Origin: Flavobacteriaceae bacterium
GTDB taxonomy: Bacteria; Bacteroidota; Bacteroidia; Flavobacteriales; Flavobacteriaceae
Direction: 5' to 3'
Assembly: GCA_049596955.1 (NCBI GenBank)
Contig: JBMYMD010000002.1
Span: 7,107-71,106 of the forward strand
Length of the DNA stretch: 64,000 bases
The notes under the pieces were generated by a model. The model made no database searches and had not been told where the DNA came from. It worked only from the letters and a program-made list of their open reading frames with translations. Shown one piece after another: positions 8,394 to 17,689 of the stretch (positions are counted from its first letter, which is position 1; the number at the start of each line of letters is the position of its first letter). Made by a program: the position numbers and the translations under genes.

Positions 8394-10295
8394 TTAAATG
8401 CCTTCTAAGGCTTCTGAAAGCGATTCCCACTCTTTCATCAGTACTTCTAAATCCGTTTTTTTTTGCTGATAGCGATCGAAAAAACCTTCTTGAGCTATAG
8501 TCTGATCATAATTTAAAATCAATTCGCTGTCGATCTCGGCAATTTCTTTTTCAACGCTGGATATCTTTTGTTCGAGATTGGACAATTTGTTTTTGAGTGA
8601 CTTTTTTTGCTTTTCAAGTTTGTAAGAATTAGGGGCAGTTTCAGTCTTTTCGTGCTGCTGCGTTTGTTTTTCGACTCCTCTAAAATCCTCGAGTTTTCGC
8701 ATAGACAGATAATCGTCAATATCCCCTAAAAATTCCTTGATTTTTTGATCTCTAAACTCGTAAACAATAGAACTTAAACCCTGCAAAAAATCTCTGTCGT
8801 GAGAGACCAAGATTAAGGTCCCTTCAAAGCGTTGCAAGGCCTGTTTCAACACCTCCTTAGATTGAATGTCTAAGTGGTTTGTAGGCTCATCCATCACCAA
8901 AACATTGAAAGGTTCTAGTAGTAACTTTGCCAGTGCCAGACGATTTCGCTCTCCTCCAGACAACACTTTTACGTATTTATCTACATCATCACCTTGAAAC
9001 AAAAACGCACCTAAAATATCACGCACCTTGATGCGATTGCTTTCATTGGCCGCATCTAGCATGGTGTCGTGAACCGTTTTTTCACCGTCTAGATACTCTG
9101 CTTGGTTTTGTGCAAAATATCCGATTTGTACGTTGTGGCCCCTTTTGAGCTCGCCTTGATGCTCCAGTTCTTCGGCAATAATTTTAGCCAGTGTCGTTTT
9201 GCCCTGACCGTTTTGACCCACAAAAGCAATTTTACTCGATCGGGCTACCAATAAATTGACGTTTTCTAAAACCTGTTTGGGCCCATATGCCTTAGAGACT
9301 TCGGTCAACTCTAAAACCACTTTACCCGGAGTGACAGAGACAGGAAAGTCGAGTTTCATCGCCGCAGTCTCCTGCTGGTCAACCTCAATGCGTTCTATCT
9401 TGTCAAGTTTTTTGATCAATGATTGAGCCATTGAAGCTTTAGAAGCCTTAGCTCGAAATTTCTCGATGAGTTTCTCTGTCTGTTGAATTTGTTTTTCCTG
9501 ATTCTTTTGAGCGGCCTTCTGCTGCGTTCTAATCTCGTCTCTCAAGGCCAAAAAGGCAGTATAAGGTTTGGGATAATCGTAGATTCGACCCATAGAAATT
9601 TCAATCGTTCTATTGGTTACATTGTCTAAAAACATCTTATCGTGAGAGACAATGACCACTGCTCCTGTATACTGTATTAAAAAATTCTCAAACCACAGAA
9701 TAGATTCTATATCAAGGTGATTGGTTGGCTCATCAAGCAGTAAAACATCGTTTTTTTGAAGTAATAATTTGGCCAATTCGATGCGCATTCGCCATCCTCC
9801 AGAAAAGGTGTCCGTGTTTTTGTCAAAATCTGTTCGAACAAAACCCAAGCCTTGTAATACCCGCTCGGTTTCGCCTTGATAAGAATAACCTCCAATAATC
9901 TCATAACGATCAGAGAGGTCTCCGACAGCCACCATGAGTTCGTGATAAGACTCCGACTCATAATCGGTTCGACTTGCCAGGGCCTGGTTCACTTCTTCAA
10001 TCTGTTTTTCCAAAGCTTTAATTTCGGAAAAAGCTTGCTGTGCCTCTTCAATAACAGTACGTCCTTTTTCAAAATCAATATCCTGCTTTAAAAAACCTAG
10101 AGTGACGTTTTTATCTATGGCAATTGTTCCTTGATCGACCTCGTATTCTTTAGCCAAAAGCTTTAGCATGGTCGATTTTCCTGCGCCGTTTTTTCCAATC
10201 AGTCCAACCCGATCACCAGGACTCAATTGATAGGATACTTCTTCAAATAAATATTCCCCTGAGAAAGAAACCGATATGTTGTGAATATTGAGCAT
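8394..10295 (-). CDS. ABC-F family ATPase (two ABC cassettes, no TM domain; ribosome-associated type)
   Basis: Two Walker A sites (GKNGAGKST, GQNGQGKTT) and two signatures (FSGGWRMR, LSGGERNR), with an inter-domain linker and a C-terminal coiled coil. Confidence 0.9.
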   Translation of the reverse strand: MLNIHNISVSFSGEYLFEEVSYQLSPGDRVGLIGKNGAGKSTMLKLLAKEYEVDQGTIAIDKNVTLGFLKQDIDFEKGRTVIEEAQQAFSEIKALEKQIEEVNQALASRTDYESESYHELMVAVGDLSDRYEIIGGYSYQGETERVLQGLGFVRTDFDKNTDTFSGGWRMRIELAKLLLQKNDVLLLDEPTNHLDIESILWFENFLIQYTGAVVIVSHDKMFLDNVTNRTIEISMGRIYDYPKPYTAFLALRDEIRTQQKAAQKNQEKQIQQTEKLIEKFRAKASKASMAQSLIKKLDKIERIEVDQQETAAMKLDFPVSVTPGKVVLELTEVSKAYGPKQVLENVNLLVARSSKIAFVGQNGQGKTTLAKIIAEELEHQGELKRGHNVQIGYFAQNQAEYLDGEKTVHDTMLDAANESNRIKVRDILGAFLFQGDDVDKYVKVLSGGERNRLALAKLLLEPFNVLVMDEPTNHLDIQSKEVLKQALQRFEGTLILVSHDRDFLQGLSSIVYEFRDQKIKEFLGDIDDYLSMRKLEDFRGVEKQTQQHEKTETAPNSYKLEKQKKSLKNKLSNLEQKISSVEKEIAEIDSELILNYDQTIAQEGFFDRYQQKKTDLEVLMKEWESLSEALEGI

Positions 10296-10371
10296 GCGCT
10301 AAAACTTGCCGACAAAATTAGCCATTATTTACTGTGTAATTCAAGTTACAGTCCGTCTAAAAATTGCAACT

Positions 10372-10379
10372 TATTTTTG
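10372..10379 (+). promoter_or_regulatory. candidate Bacteroidota -7 promoter box (TAttTTTG) for the DUF983 gene
   Basis: Exact match to TAnnTTTG, 22 nt upstream of the ATG at 10402. Confidence 0.35.
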
Positions 10380-10401
10380 AAGTCGAAAAACAGCCTTTCA
10401 A

Positions 10402-10791
10402 ATGTTCAAAAAAGGAAGTAAAATCAATAGCATTGTCTTTGGCCTTTGCCCTAAGTGTCAAAGTGAATCCATGTATGTAAAAAGAAATCCCTATTTCGGC
10501 AAGCTCTTTAAAATGCACGAGAACTGCAGTGTTTGTGGAACAAAATACAAAATAGAACCCTCCTTTTTTTACGGAGCGATGTACGTGAGTTATGCGCTTG
10601 GTGTTGCCCTAGCAATAGCAGTCTTTCTAATTTCAAAAATGGTGTTCAAGCACGAATTACTTCAAAGTTTTTTTGCCATTATTGGCGCACTCATTCTTTT
10701 GATGCCACTTCTTATTCGACTCTCTCGAAACATTTGGATCAATATGTTTATTTCATTTGATGCGAAGGCCAGTGGTCAGCAAAGCGACTGA
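10402..10791 (+). CDS. DUF983-type membrane protein with N-terminal zinc-ribbon
   Basis: CPKC...N18...CSVCG, followed by two TM helices and the RLSRNIWINMF tail typical of DUF983. Confidence 0.7.
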   Translation: MFKKGSKINSIVFGLCPKCQSESMYVKRNPYFGKLFKMHENCSVCGTKYKIEPSFFYGAMYVSYALGVALAIAVFLISKMVFKHELLQSFFAIIGALILLMPLLIRLSRNIWINMFISFDAKASGQQSD

Positions 10792-11818
10792 TATCCATTT
10801 GGGTGTCTAGGGCTTGGTTTTTTTCAATTTGAGCAAATAAGGCTTCTGCGGCATAAGGACCGATAAGCACCCCTCTTGACCCAAATCCATTTAGTACAAA
10901 GAGTTGCTTGAATCGAGGATCTGGATGCCTTCCGACCAGAGGTCTTCTATCGGTAACTGTAGGTCGAATTCCAGCGACCTGATCGACCACCTCAAAATCA
11001 ACACTGATAAATTTTTGCAGTTTTTGAATGAGTTCTTCCCTAGCTTCAATGGTGGTTTTACTCGTTTTGTCTTTCCATTTATAGGTCGCTCCTACTTTGT
11101 AATATCCTCCACCGAGAGGAATGAGAAAACAAGCAGATTTTAAAGCTTTTTCTTCTTTTAGTTCGGGTGCAAAAATACTGAGGTATTCTCCTTTGGTTCC
11201 CACAAGAGGCAAGTAATTAAACCAAGGGTTTTGTTTGAGGCCGTAGCCTTCGGCAAAAATGATATTCCTAGCCTTAATATCTTTATAAACAATGTGATTT
11301 TCATTTACTTCTAGGGCACTATAATCAAAAGTTTCGTCTATAAACTGCTGTTTTTTATGGAGCTCTTCAAGAAGGCATTCACGCATTTTTACAGTGTCTA
11401 TTCGCCCTGTTTCTTTAACTTCTCCAAGTTGATGTGGCGCTTTGACAAATGCATTGGTATTGGGCAGTAGGTCTGCTGACATAAACCTGCCGAAAGCAGG
11501 TTTATCCAATGTTACAAACCAGTTGTTTTGCTCTTCTACAGAACTTAAAATCCGGGCTACGCGTAATTTATGATCAAATTGTACCCCAAGACGCTCTTGC
11601 ATTCTAGCGTAAAAAGGCATGGCTAGATCCAGTTGTCGTTCTGCCTGCCATGCCATAGTAAATCTTTTTAGAACCAGTGGATTGTACATACCTGCTGCAA
11701 CCAAAGAAGCGTTTTGAGAATGATCAGAAATCATCACAAAACGCTTCTCATTTTGGGTTGCGGTTTCGGCGAAACAAATTCCCGCCAAACCTGAACCTAC
11801 TATGATATAGTCAATCAT
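10748..11818 (-). CDS. FAD-dependent oxidoreductase (DAO family)
   Basis: The N-terminus MIDYIIVGSGLAGICFA is a GxGxxG FAD fold. The length and position next to gldN are typical of flavobacteria. Confidence 0.8.
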   Translation of the reverse strand: MIDYIIVGSGLAGICFAETATQNEKRFVMISDHSQNASLVAAGMYNPLVLKRFTMAWQAERQLDLAMPFYARMQERLGVQFDHKLRVARILSSVEEQNNWFVTLDKPAFGRFMSADLLPNTNAFVKAPHQLGEVKETGRIDTVKMRECLLEELHKKQQFIDETFDYSALEVNENHIVYKDIKARNIIFAEGYGLKQNPWFNYLPLVGTKGEYLSIFAPELKEEKALKSACFLIPLGGGYYKVGATYKWKDKTSKTTIEAREELIQKLQKFISVDFEVVDQVAGIRPTVTDRRPLVGRHPDPRFKQLFVLNGFGSRGVLIGPYAAEALFAQIEKNQALDTQMDISRFADHWPSHQMK

Positions 11819-11822
11819 AGTG

Positions 11823-12719
11823 TTAGTAGGCCCACATATCTTGTTCCTTATCGCGAATCTTCTCTTTTATTCTTCTCGCTTCAAGAAGTTGAAGCATAGC
11901 GTTGTCGGTAATATATTCATTTATATTGCGATCGCCTTGTACGTTTTCTTCTCTATAAATCATCCCAGCAAATCGTCTTGAATTGAGCAGCATGTCAAAA
12001 GATATTCGTTGAGAGGAATTATTTCCGTTAAAGACTTTCACTTTATGAAGAATCTCACGGGCTGCAGGGTACCAGACCCAAAACAATTCTACTTTGTTCT
12101 CCATTGGATCTATAGATTCATCATCGATAAAATTCACATCAGGTGCAACTGGTGCAATGCCCAATAAACGATATCTCAATTCTCCTAGTCGCTTGTCGAA
12201 ATACCACATACCCTTGATGCGATATTCAATGATGTCAGCTCCTGAAATATCTCTTCGGTTAACAAATTCTGCAGACAAAGATTCTCCAGCATTAAGCTGC
12301 TCATAACCTAAATCAGTGGTGTCAACCTTTGAAAGTGTAGCTTCTAAATCTTGAAAATTTCGCTTTTCAGTGAAGTACGAATCTGTGTAAATTTCCGTAA
12401 GATCTCCTGACTTAATCTCTTTCATGAGCGTATGGTAAAGAGACTGTCTATCTGTTCCAATAGTATCAATAGGATAGTAAAGTGCGAAGTTCATGCGTTG
12501 ATTGAGATCGATAGTCTCCCAGATTGTAGTGGACCACAGTATATCTCTTTGATCTACATAACCGTATGCCAATGGCTTATCCTCTTCCTCTTCAGCCGAA
12601 TAAATGTTTGTGTTTATCTGATCTGGAGTTTTCGCGTTTAGGATATTCGACTGCGCATTAGCGAAGTAGAGTATTCCAAAAACTCCAAGCATTGTAAGTA
12701 CTATTCTCTTTAAACTCAT
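11823..12719 (-). CDS. gldN: gliding motility / T9SS protein GldN (PorN family)
   Basis: Signal peptide, plus the blocks IKGMWYFDKRLGELRYRLLGIAP and ELFWVWYPAAREIL. It is the last gene of the gldKLMN string. Confidence 0.9.
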   Translation of the reverse strand: MSLKRIVLTMLGVFGILYFANAQSNILNAKTPDQINTNIYSAEEEEDKPLAYGYVDQRDILWSTTIWETIDLNQRMNFALYYPIDTIGTDRQSLYHTLMKEIKSGDLTEIYTDSYFTEKRNFQDLEATLSKVDTTDLGYEQLNAGESLSAEFVNRRDISGADIIEYRIKGMWYFDKRLGELRYRLLGIAPVAPDVNFIDDESIDPMENKVELFWVWYPAAREILHKVKVFNGNNSSQRISFDMLLNSRRFAGMIYREENVQGDRNINEYITDNAMLQLLEARRIKEKIRDKEQDMWAY

Positions 12720-12725
12720 GGTCTA

Positions 12726-14294
12726 TTAATTCGTTAATTGAACAAACACCGGAGACACTTTTTTCAAGTTGTACGAGGCATTATTCGTGATTTTAGCTTT
12801 GATATCAAAAATCTGCACATCTTCTCCTCTTTTTGCTCTTCTCAGTGCTGATTTCGCCCGAGCATCTAATTTGTTGCCGTTAACAGCTACAGTAGGCTGC
12901 CCAGGTATCTTTAATTTAAACTCCGAAACTCTTATGTCTAAATCAAAGTCAAAGTCCTCTAAGGTAGCGCCAATAGTTGAGATTTCTAAATTCTTTCTAG
13001 ACATCTTTAAACTTCCTGTCTCTCCTCTTACGGTTCCAGTAGGTCTTGGAATATCTTTAATTCTAAATTCAGAGGTCGTTGAAATGGGCTGCCCATCAGG
13101 CAATTTTCCTGATGCCACAATTTTCACTGTTCGCCCCTGTCTGGGTTTCATGATATACTTCGATCCTCCGGCTGCAGTGAGTCCAGGCGCAGAAGCATTT
13201 ACATTATTATCAGCAATACCAGGTATCGAAATAGTCATAGGGTTATCGACACCTCTATAGACGACGTTCATTTTATCTGCAGAAATAACAGCTGCGTTCG
13301 GCTTTGAAATAGTTGCGAAAGTCGAGCTCACAGGTACAACAGTTTCTTCACCGTCTTGTAAGAAGATTAAACTTCCTTCAATTTTATGATCTCCTGGACT
13401 ACCTGCGCTGACATTCAATTTTACTCTACCGTCTTCAATGCTAAAGTCTGTTCCTTCGCTCAAGTTTCTTCCATCGAGCTTCAATTCAACACGGTTAGGT
13501 CGTGTAGAAGCGTCTTTTCTACCTAAAACGATATTACCACTAAAGGTTTCTCCTGAATAGAAAGCTGATTTTTCTTGCTCTAAAAGTGTGGTGTAATTTG
13601 ACATAGAAATTTCAGAAGTCAATTGTCCTTCGAGAAGGGTTTTTAAAATATCCTGCTCAGTGGTCTTAACATCTGCTTGGATCGAAGTGATTTTGGTCAA
13701 CGATGCGATAAGAGGAAAACCTTCGTAGTGGTATTTCATCCAATCTATCTTGTTTCCGTCGCGGTCGGTAACTTTTCCTTCACTATCTCCAGTTTCAAAC
13801 TTTGAAGTCACGGAAGCTCTGAGATCACTCATCGATTCTGGAAGTACCTCTAAAAGTCCTTTTCTATAATTTTCTAAATTGTCTAAAAATGCCTGCCCTT
13901 CTTCTCTCAAATCATCTCCTTGAAAAAAGAGTTGATCTAAAAAGTCTGACTTGTCCATCACTTGATAATCCATCGGATCATCAACCGTGCCTTGCATTCC
14001 ATTTTTTAAGTTTTCTAAATACGCATCGTATGATTCAGAAAGTTGTTTTACAGCCTTTGCATTGCTTAAAAGCGGCCCAAATTTTTCTGGATTTTCAGAT
14101 GCTTTTGTCTCTAATCCACTGAAGAACGCCATATTGTTTTCAGTCATTTTTTCATTGGATACCTCCATCTTTTCGTTCATAAGACCGAAAGCGGCGAGTA
14201 CCTCTTTACTCATATTTAAAGCCAACATAGAGATGAAAACCAGATACATGAGGTTTATCATCTTCTGACGTGGGGTTTCTTTTCCTGATGCCAT
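12726..14294 (-). CDS. gldM: gliding motility / T9SS protein GldM (PorM family)
   Basis: The N-terminus ETPRQKMINLMYLVFISMLALNMSKEVL is the characteristic GldM TM helix. A long periplasmic region follows. Confidence 0.9.
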   Translation of the reverse strand: MASGKETPRQKMINLMYLVFISMLALNMSKEVLAAFGLMNEKMEVSNEKMTENNMAFFSGLETKASENPEKFGPLLSNAKAVKQLSESYDAYLENLKNGMQGTVDDPMDYQVMDKSDFLDQLFFQGDDLREEGQAFLDNLENYRKGLLEVLPESMSDLRASVTSKFETGDSEGKVTDRDGNKIDWMKYHYEGFPLIASLTKITSIQADVKTTEQDILKTLLEGQLTSEISMSNYTTLLEQEKSAFYSGETFSGNIVLGRKDASTRPNRVELKLDGRNLSEGTDFSIEDGRVKLNVSAGSPGDHKIEGSLIFLQDGEETVVPVSSTFATISKPNAAVISADKMNVVYRGVDNPMTISIPGIADNNVNASAPGLTAAGGSKYIMKPRQGRTVKIVASGKLPDGQPISTTSEFRIKDIPRPTGTVRGETGSLKMSRKNLEISTIGATLEDFDFDLDIRVSEFKLKIPGQPTVAVNGNKLDARAKSALRRAKRGEDVQIFDIKAKITNNASYNLKKVSPVFVQLTN

Positions 14295-14313
14295 AACTCT
14301 TAAGTAGCTTAAA

Positions 14314-14946
14314 TTATTTCTTAATCGCCGTTAGCATTCCACCATATACAGCATTTAATTGCTCCATATTTGCCACCAATGATTCCATTTGCTTTTTGAG
14401 TTCAGCTCCGTTTTCAATCATTTCGCGGTTCATGGCAGATTGCATATTTGCGTGATCTAATTGTGCCTTATACAAGTCATTAAGAGCTTGCATTTGTGAA
14501 GCAGCATGAGAAATTTGTTCATTGTATTTCTGAGTGTGATCAATAGCCTCGGTTGTAGGGGCGATGCCTTTAGATGCCCCTTCAAAGTTTTTAATCGCTT
14601 CACCCAACTTATTCATGAGGGCTACATCTATTTGAGCCTCATTCATTAATTTATCAATTTTTTGAGCCAACACACCTTGTGCAGTGCGATTTTTGGCATC
14701 ACCTCCAGTTTCATTTAATTCTGGATACGCCAATGACCAGTCGTATTCTTTTTCTGGTGTTTCAAAAGCTGAAAGTGCAAAAATAAAGGCCTCTGTAATA
14801 AGACCGATTGCCAATAATTGGTTTCCTGTTACTATACCAGCAATTTCCCAGTGTGTAATCTTTAATAATGCACCGAGAATTACTACTGATGCTCCAAGGC
14901 CATAGGCCATGTTCATGAATCTTTTTGATGAGTTAGTTTTTGCCAT
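14314..14946 (-). CDS. gldL: gliding motility / T9SS protein GldL (PorL family)
   Basis: Two N-terminal TM helices (MNMAYGLGASVVILGALLKITHWE...LAIGLITEAFIFALSAFE) followed by a cytoplasmic helical domain. Confidence 0.9.
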   Translation of the reverse strand: MAKTNSSKRFMNMAYGLGASVVILGALLKITHWEIAGIVTGNQLLAIGLITEAFIFALSAFETPEKEYDWSLAYPELNETGGDAKNRTAQGVLAQKIDKLMNEAQIDVALMNKLGEAIKNFEGASKGIAPTTEAIDHTQKYNEQISHAASQMQALNDLYKAQLDHANMQSAMNREMIENGAELKKQMESLVANMEQLNAVYGGMLTAIKK

Positions 14947-15028
14947 TTTAAATTTTTTTTGAAGGATTAAATTCAGTTAATCTATATTTTCTAACACTTA
15001 AACGATAAAAAATGATCTTTAGTATATC

Positions 15029-16435
15029 TTAATTGATGTATTTTATTTTCTTCTCGATAAAAGATTCATTACCCATATAGTCTTGTACGGTTCTAAAACC
15101 GATATAGCTTCTAGCAGAATCTCTGTATTCATAATCACGAGTACTCACTTGCAAGAAGTAAGCAACATCTTTCCACGAACCTCCTCTTGTTACCTTTTTA
15201 ACATTGTCTTTATCTAAGGCATCAGGATTCATCGAGGACATCATCTCATAAGAATTGGGGTCGTATGAAGAGTTCGTCCACTCCGCAACATTTCCAGCCA
15301 TATTGTACAGGCCAAAATCGTTAGGGTCATAACTTTTTGCCTCAACAGTATATAATGCACCGTCAACGGCGTAATCTCCACGTTGTGGCTTAAAGTTAGC
15401 TTTAAACTCCCCTCCTTCATCAATGAGGTAGGGTCCTCCCCATGGATATGAAGCACCTTCTAAACCTCCTCTTGCAGCGTATTCCCATTCTGCCTCTGTC
15501 GGCAGTCTAAACTGGTTGATGCGCTGTTCTCTATTGCGTTTTAAAAAGTCGTTTTTAAATTTTGTTCTCCAGTTGCAAAAGGCTTTAGCCTGTTCCCAAT
15601 TGATTCCAACCACTGGATAATCTCCGTAAGCATCATGCCAAAAGTAATCGTTGTGCATAGGTTCATTATAGGAGTAATCAAAGTCTCTTATCCAAACTGT
15701 GGTGTCTGGATAAATTTTAAGCACTTCGCTTTTGACGAAATCCGAACGGCTTCGACCTCTATTTCGTGCAGCCTCCGCAACATCAAGTGATACGTATTTG
15801 TATTGTAATTTTTCAATATCAATAGCCCGCTCTCCGTTGAAGCTCTCAGAAGGAGGAAGATACATAGAGTCCATTACCTCAGCATAGTATTGATCTATAT
15901 AATCTCGAGTATCCCATTCGATATCTACTTTCCAGTTTAACCTGCGTCCTTCGTATAAGTCATCTCCAAAACCGTAGTAATTGTTATACATGTATTTTTC
16001 GTACTCGCTCATATCTGTGGTATCCGCATCCATAAACGCATATCGAGCGATACCTCTATCATCACCATCTTCTGCAAGACCCATTTCATCAATGAAAATA
16101 GCGAGCTTAGCACGCACAACAGAATCTTTTACCCAATTCACAAATTGACGGTATTCAGAGTTTGTAATTTCTGTTTCGTCCATATAAAAAGATCGAACAG
16201 AAACCGTTCGTGCTGGAGCATTTTGCAAGTCAGCTATATCTTCTTCAGTTTTACCAATAGTGAAGGTACCTCTTGGAACCAAAACCATACCCAAGGGTGT
16301 TTCTGATCGCCACTTACCATTGGTTTGAACACCAGTAAGCTCTCCATTACGTCCTGTGGAATCTCCCAAGAGATTACAAGACTGTAATGACATGCCAAAT
16401 AAGACGATTGTAAGAATAGAATAAACTTTTCTCAT
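15029..16435 (-). CDS. gldK: gliding motility / T9SS lipoprotein GldK (PorK family; formylglycine-generating-enzyme fold)
   Basis: Lipobox (MRKVYSILTIVLFGMSLQSC). SUMF1/FGE-like blocks include RLPTEAEWEYAARGG, GNVAEWT, RGGSWKD and IGFRTV. I placed the start at the internal ATG at 16435; the ORF track start at 16483 is an alternative. Confidence 0.9.
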   Translation of the reverse strand: MRKVYSILTIVLFGMSLQSCNLLGDSTGRNGELTGVQTNGKWRSETPLGMVLVPRGTFTIGKTEEDIADLQNAPARTVSVRSFYMDETEITNSEYRQFVNWVKDSVVRAKLAIFIDEMGLAEDGDDRGIARYAFMDADTTDMSEYEKYMYNNYYGFGDDLYEGRRLNWKVDIEWDTRDYIDQYYAEVMDSMYLPPSESFNGERAIDIEKLQYKYVSLDVAEAARNRGRSRSDFVKSEVLKIYPDTTVWIRDFDYSYNEPMHNDYFWHDAYGDYPVVGINWEQAKAFCNWRTKFKNDFLKRNREQRINQFRLPTEAEWEYAARGGLEGASYPWGGPYLIDEGGEFKANFKPQRGDYAVDGALYTVEAKSYDPNDFGLYNMAGNVAEWTNSSYDPNSYEMMSSMNPDALDKDNVKKVTRGGSWKDVAYFLQVSTRDYEYRDSARSYIGFRTVQDYMGNESFIEKKIKYIN

Positions 16436-16513
16436 AATACTTTTGTTGAAATTGTTTTTTAGTTTAAACTGCATTTTGTCCATAATATTGTGCCGTTCAT
16501 CGATTTAATACTA

Positions 16514-17689
16514 TTAAATCTGTGATCGCCTTTGCGCTAAAATGTACCGATGCGGTAATTCATTTGCGCAGGCCATTTGATAATCTTCTTCATCACAAGC
16601 AATCACAAAGGGATACCTATCGTCCATATTCGGTAAATCCAATGTGCTAGGCTGTACTTGCAACCACCAGCGATTTGTGACCAAACTTTTGTAAAAAGTC
16701 AATGCATCTATATCAGTGGTCACGGTATATTTCACATAATTATCATCGTTCAAGGTAGGCCGTTCAGAATACCTCAAATTCAAACCTTCAAAGAAATACC
16801 ACACGATTTGTGCCAAAAGAGCAAAACTCATCTCTCCATTGGGGATATTGTAGATTCCAAAGAGAGATAGACTGTCTCCCATGGCGCTGTATCTGGCTAA
16901 GGCACATATTTCTCTTCCGTCAAAACCATTAGGTGAAAAATGTTCATATACTCCAACCTCCGAGGCCTTTATCGCCTGCATGTCCATACTGACCAAGTCT
17001 AATCCCCTAAGTATGGGTTCTAAACTTCGTATATCTTTAGTAACCTCACCTAATCGGTAGGTTTCAAAATTCATTTGTTCAGCAAGATCTAACACCTCTT
17101 GAGCGACAAAATAGCTTTGATACCCCAACTGTGTAAGTTGTCTTAGATTATTAGGTGGTTTGGTTATTATTCGACTCATGTAAGAGAGGTCACTTATGAG
17201 TTCATCTCCAACTCCAAAGTCAAATTTGCTATCGATAAGTCCCATATGCACCATGACCTTTTTCTGATCAAAAGCCCTGTAAGTTGCATAACTCAAGTCT
17301 TGTGTAGCGCCAAGGACAAGAGGTACAATATTGAGTTCTAATAATTCTTCAACAATATTTTTGACAGCGTACTCTGTATCTTCTTTGGTATTACCTGAGG
17401 GAACATCTCCTAAATCGACAATGTTCAGATTCCAATTGCCAAACATCAGTTTGTACAGTTCCATTCGCATGGCATCTGTATCTAGCTCGTAGGGTATCTT
17501 TCCTTCAGCAGTTCGACGATCCAATACCCCAAAAATGGCCACCGATCGACCCTCTAATTCAGGTATTCCAAATTGTGAGCTGTGTTTATCTAAGTGATGA
17601 CCAACACATTGTACATTGAGCAATTCTGTTGCCGCTAGAACTTTATCTCCAACCGGAATTAGAATATCTTCATTTATGACACTGCTCAT
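16514..17689 (-). CDS. arginase/formiminoglutamase-fold protein with degenerate metal-binding motifs (probable pseudoenzyme)
   Basis: It aligns by eye with the intact paralogue at 895-1854. VLGATQDLS lines up with VLSGDHSSA, LIDSKFD with IDAHADL, and SMDMQAI with SFDVDSL. Both His ligands and one Asp ligand are replaced. The start overlaps the topA stop (ATGA). Confidence 0.75.
   Translation of the reverse strand: MSSVINEDILIPVGDKVLAATELLNVQCVGHHLDKHSSQFGIPELEGRSVAIFGVLDRRTAEGKIPYELDTDAMRMELYKLMFGNWNLNIVDLGDVPSGNTKEDTEYAVKNIVEELLELNIVPLVLGATQDLSYATYRAFDQKKVMVHMGLIDSKFDFGVGDELISDLSYMSRIITKPPNNLRQLTQLGYQSYFVAQEVLDLAEQMNFETYRLGEVTKDIRSLEPILRGLDLVSMDMQAIKASEVGVYEHFSPNGFDGREICALARYSAMGDSLSLFGIYNIPNGEMSFALLAQIVWYFFEGLNLRYSERPTLNDDNYVKYTVTTDIDALTFYKSLVTNRWWLQVQPSTLDLPNMDDRYPFVIACDEEDYQMACANELPHRYILAQRRSQI

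Noticed and set aside
12769-13260. A 163-aa ORF antisense to gldM. Similar antisense ORFs occur in the RND pump gene (for example 4599-5018) and in topA.
   Set aside because: They are nested in well-supported genes, have no independent start context, and show no family resemblance.
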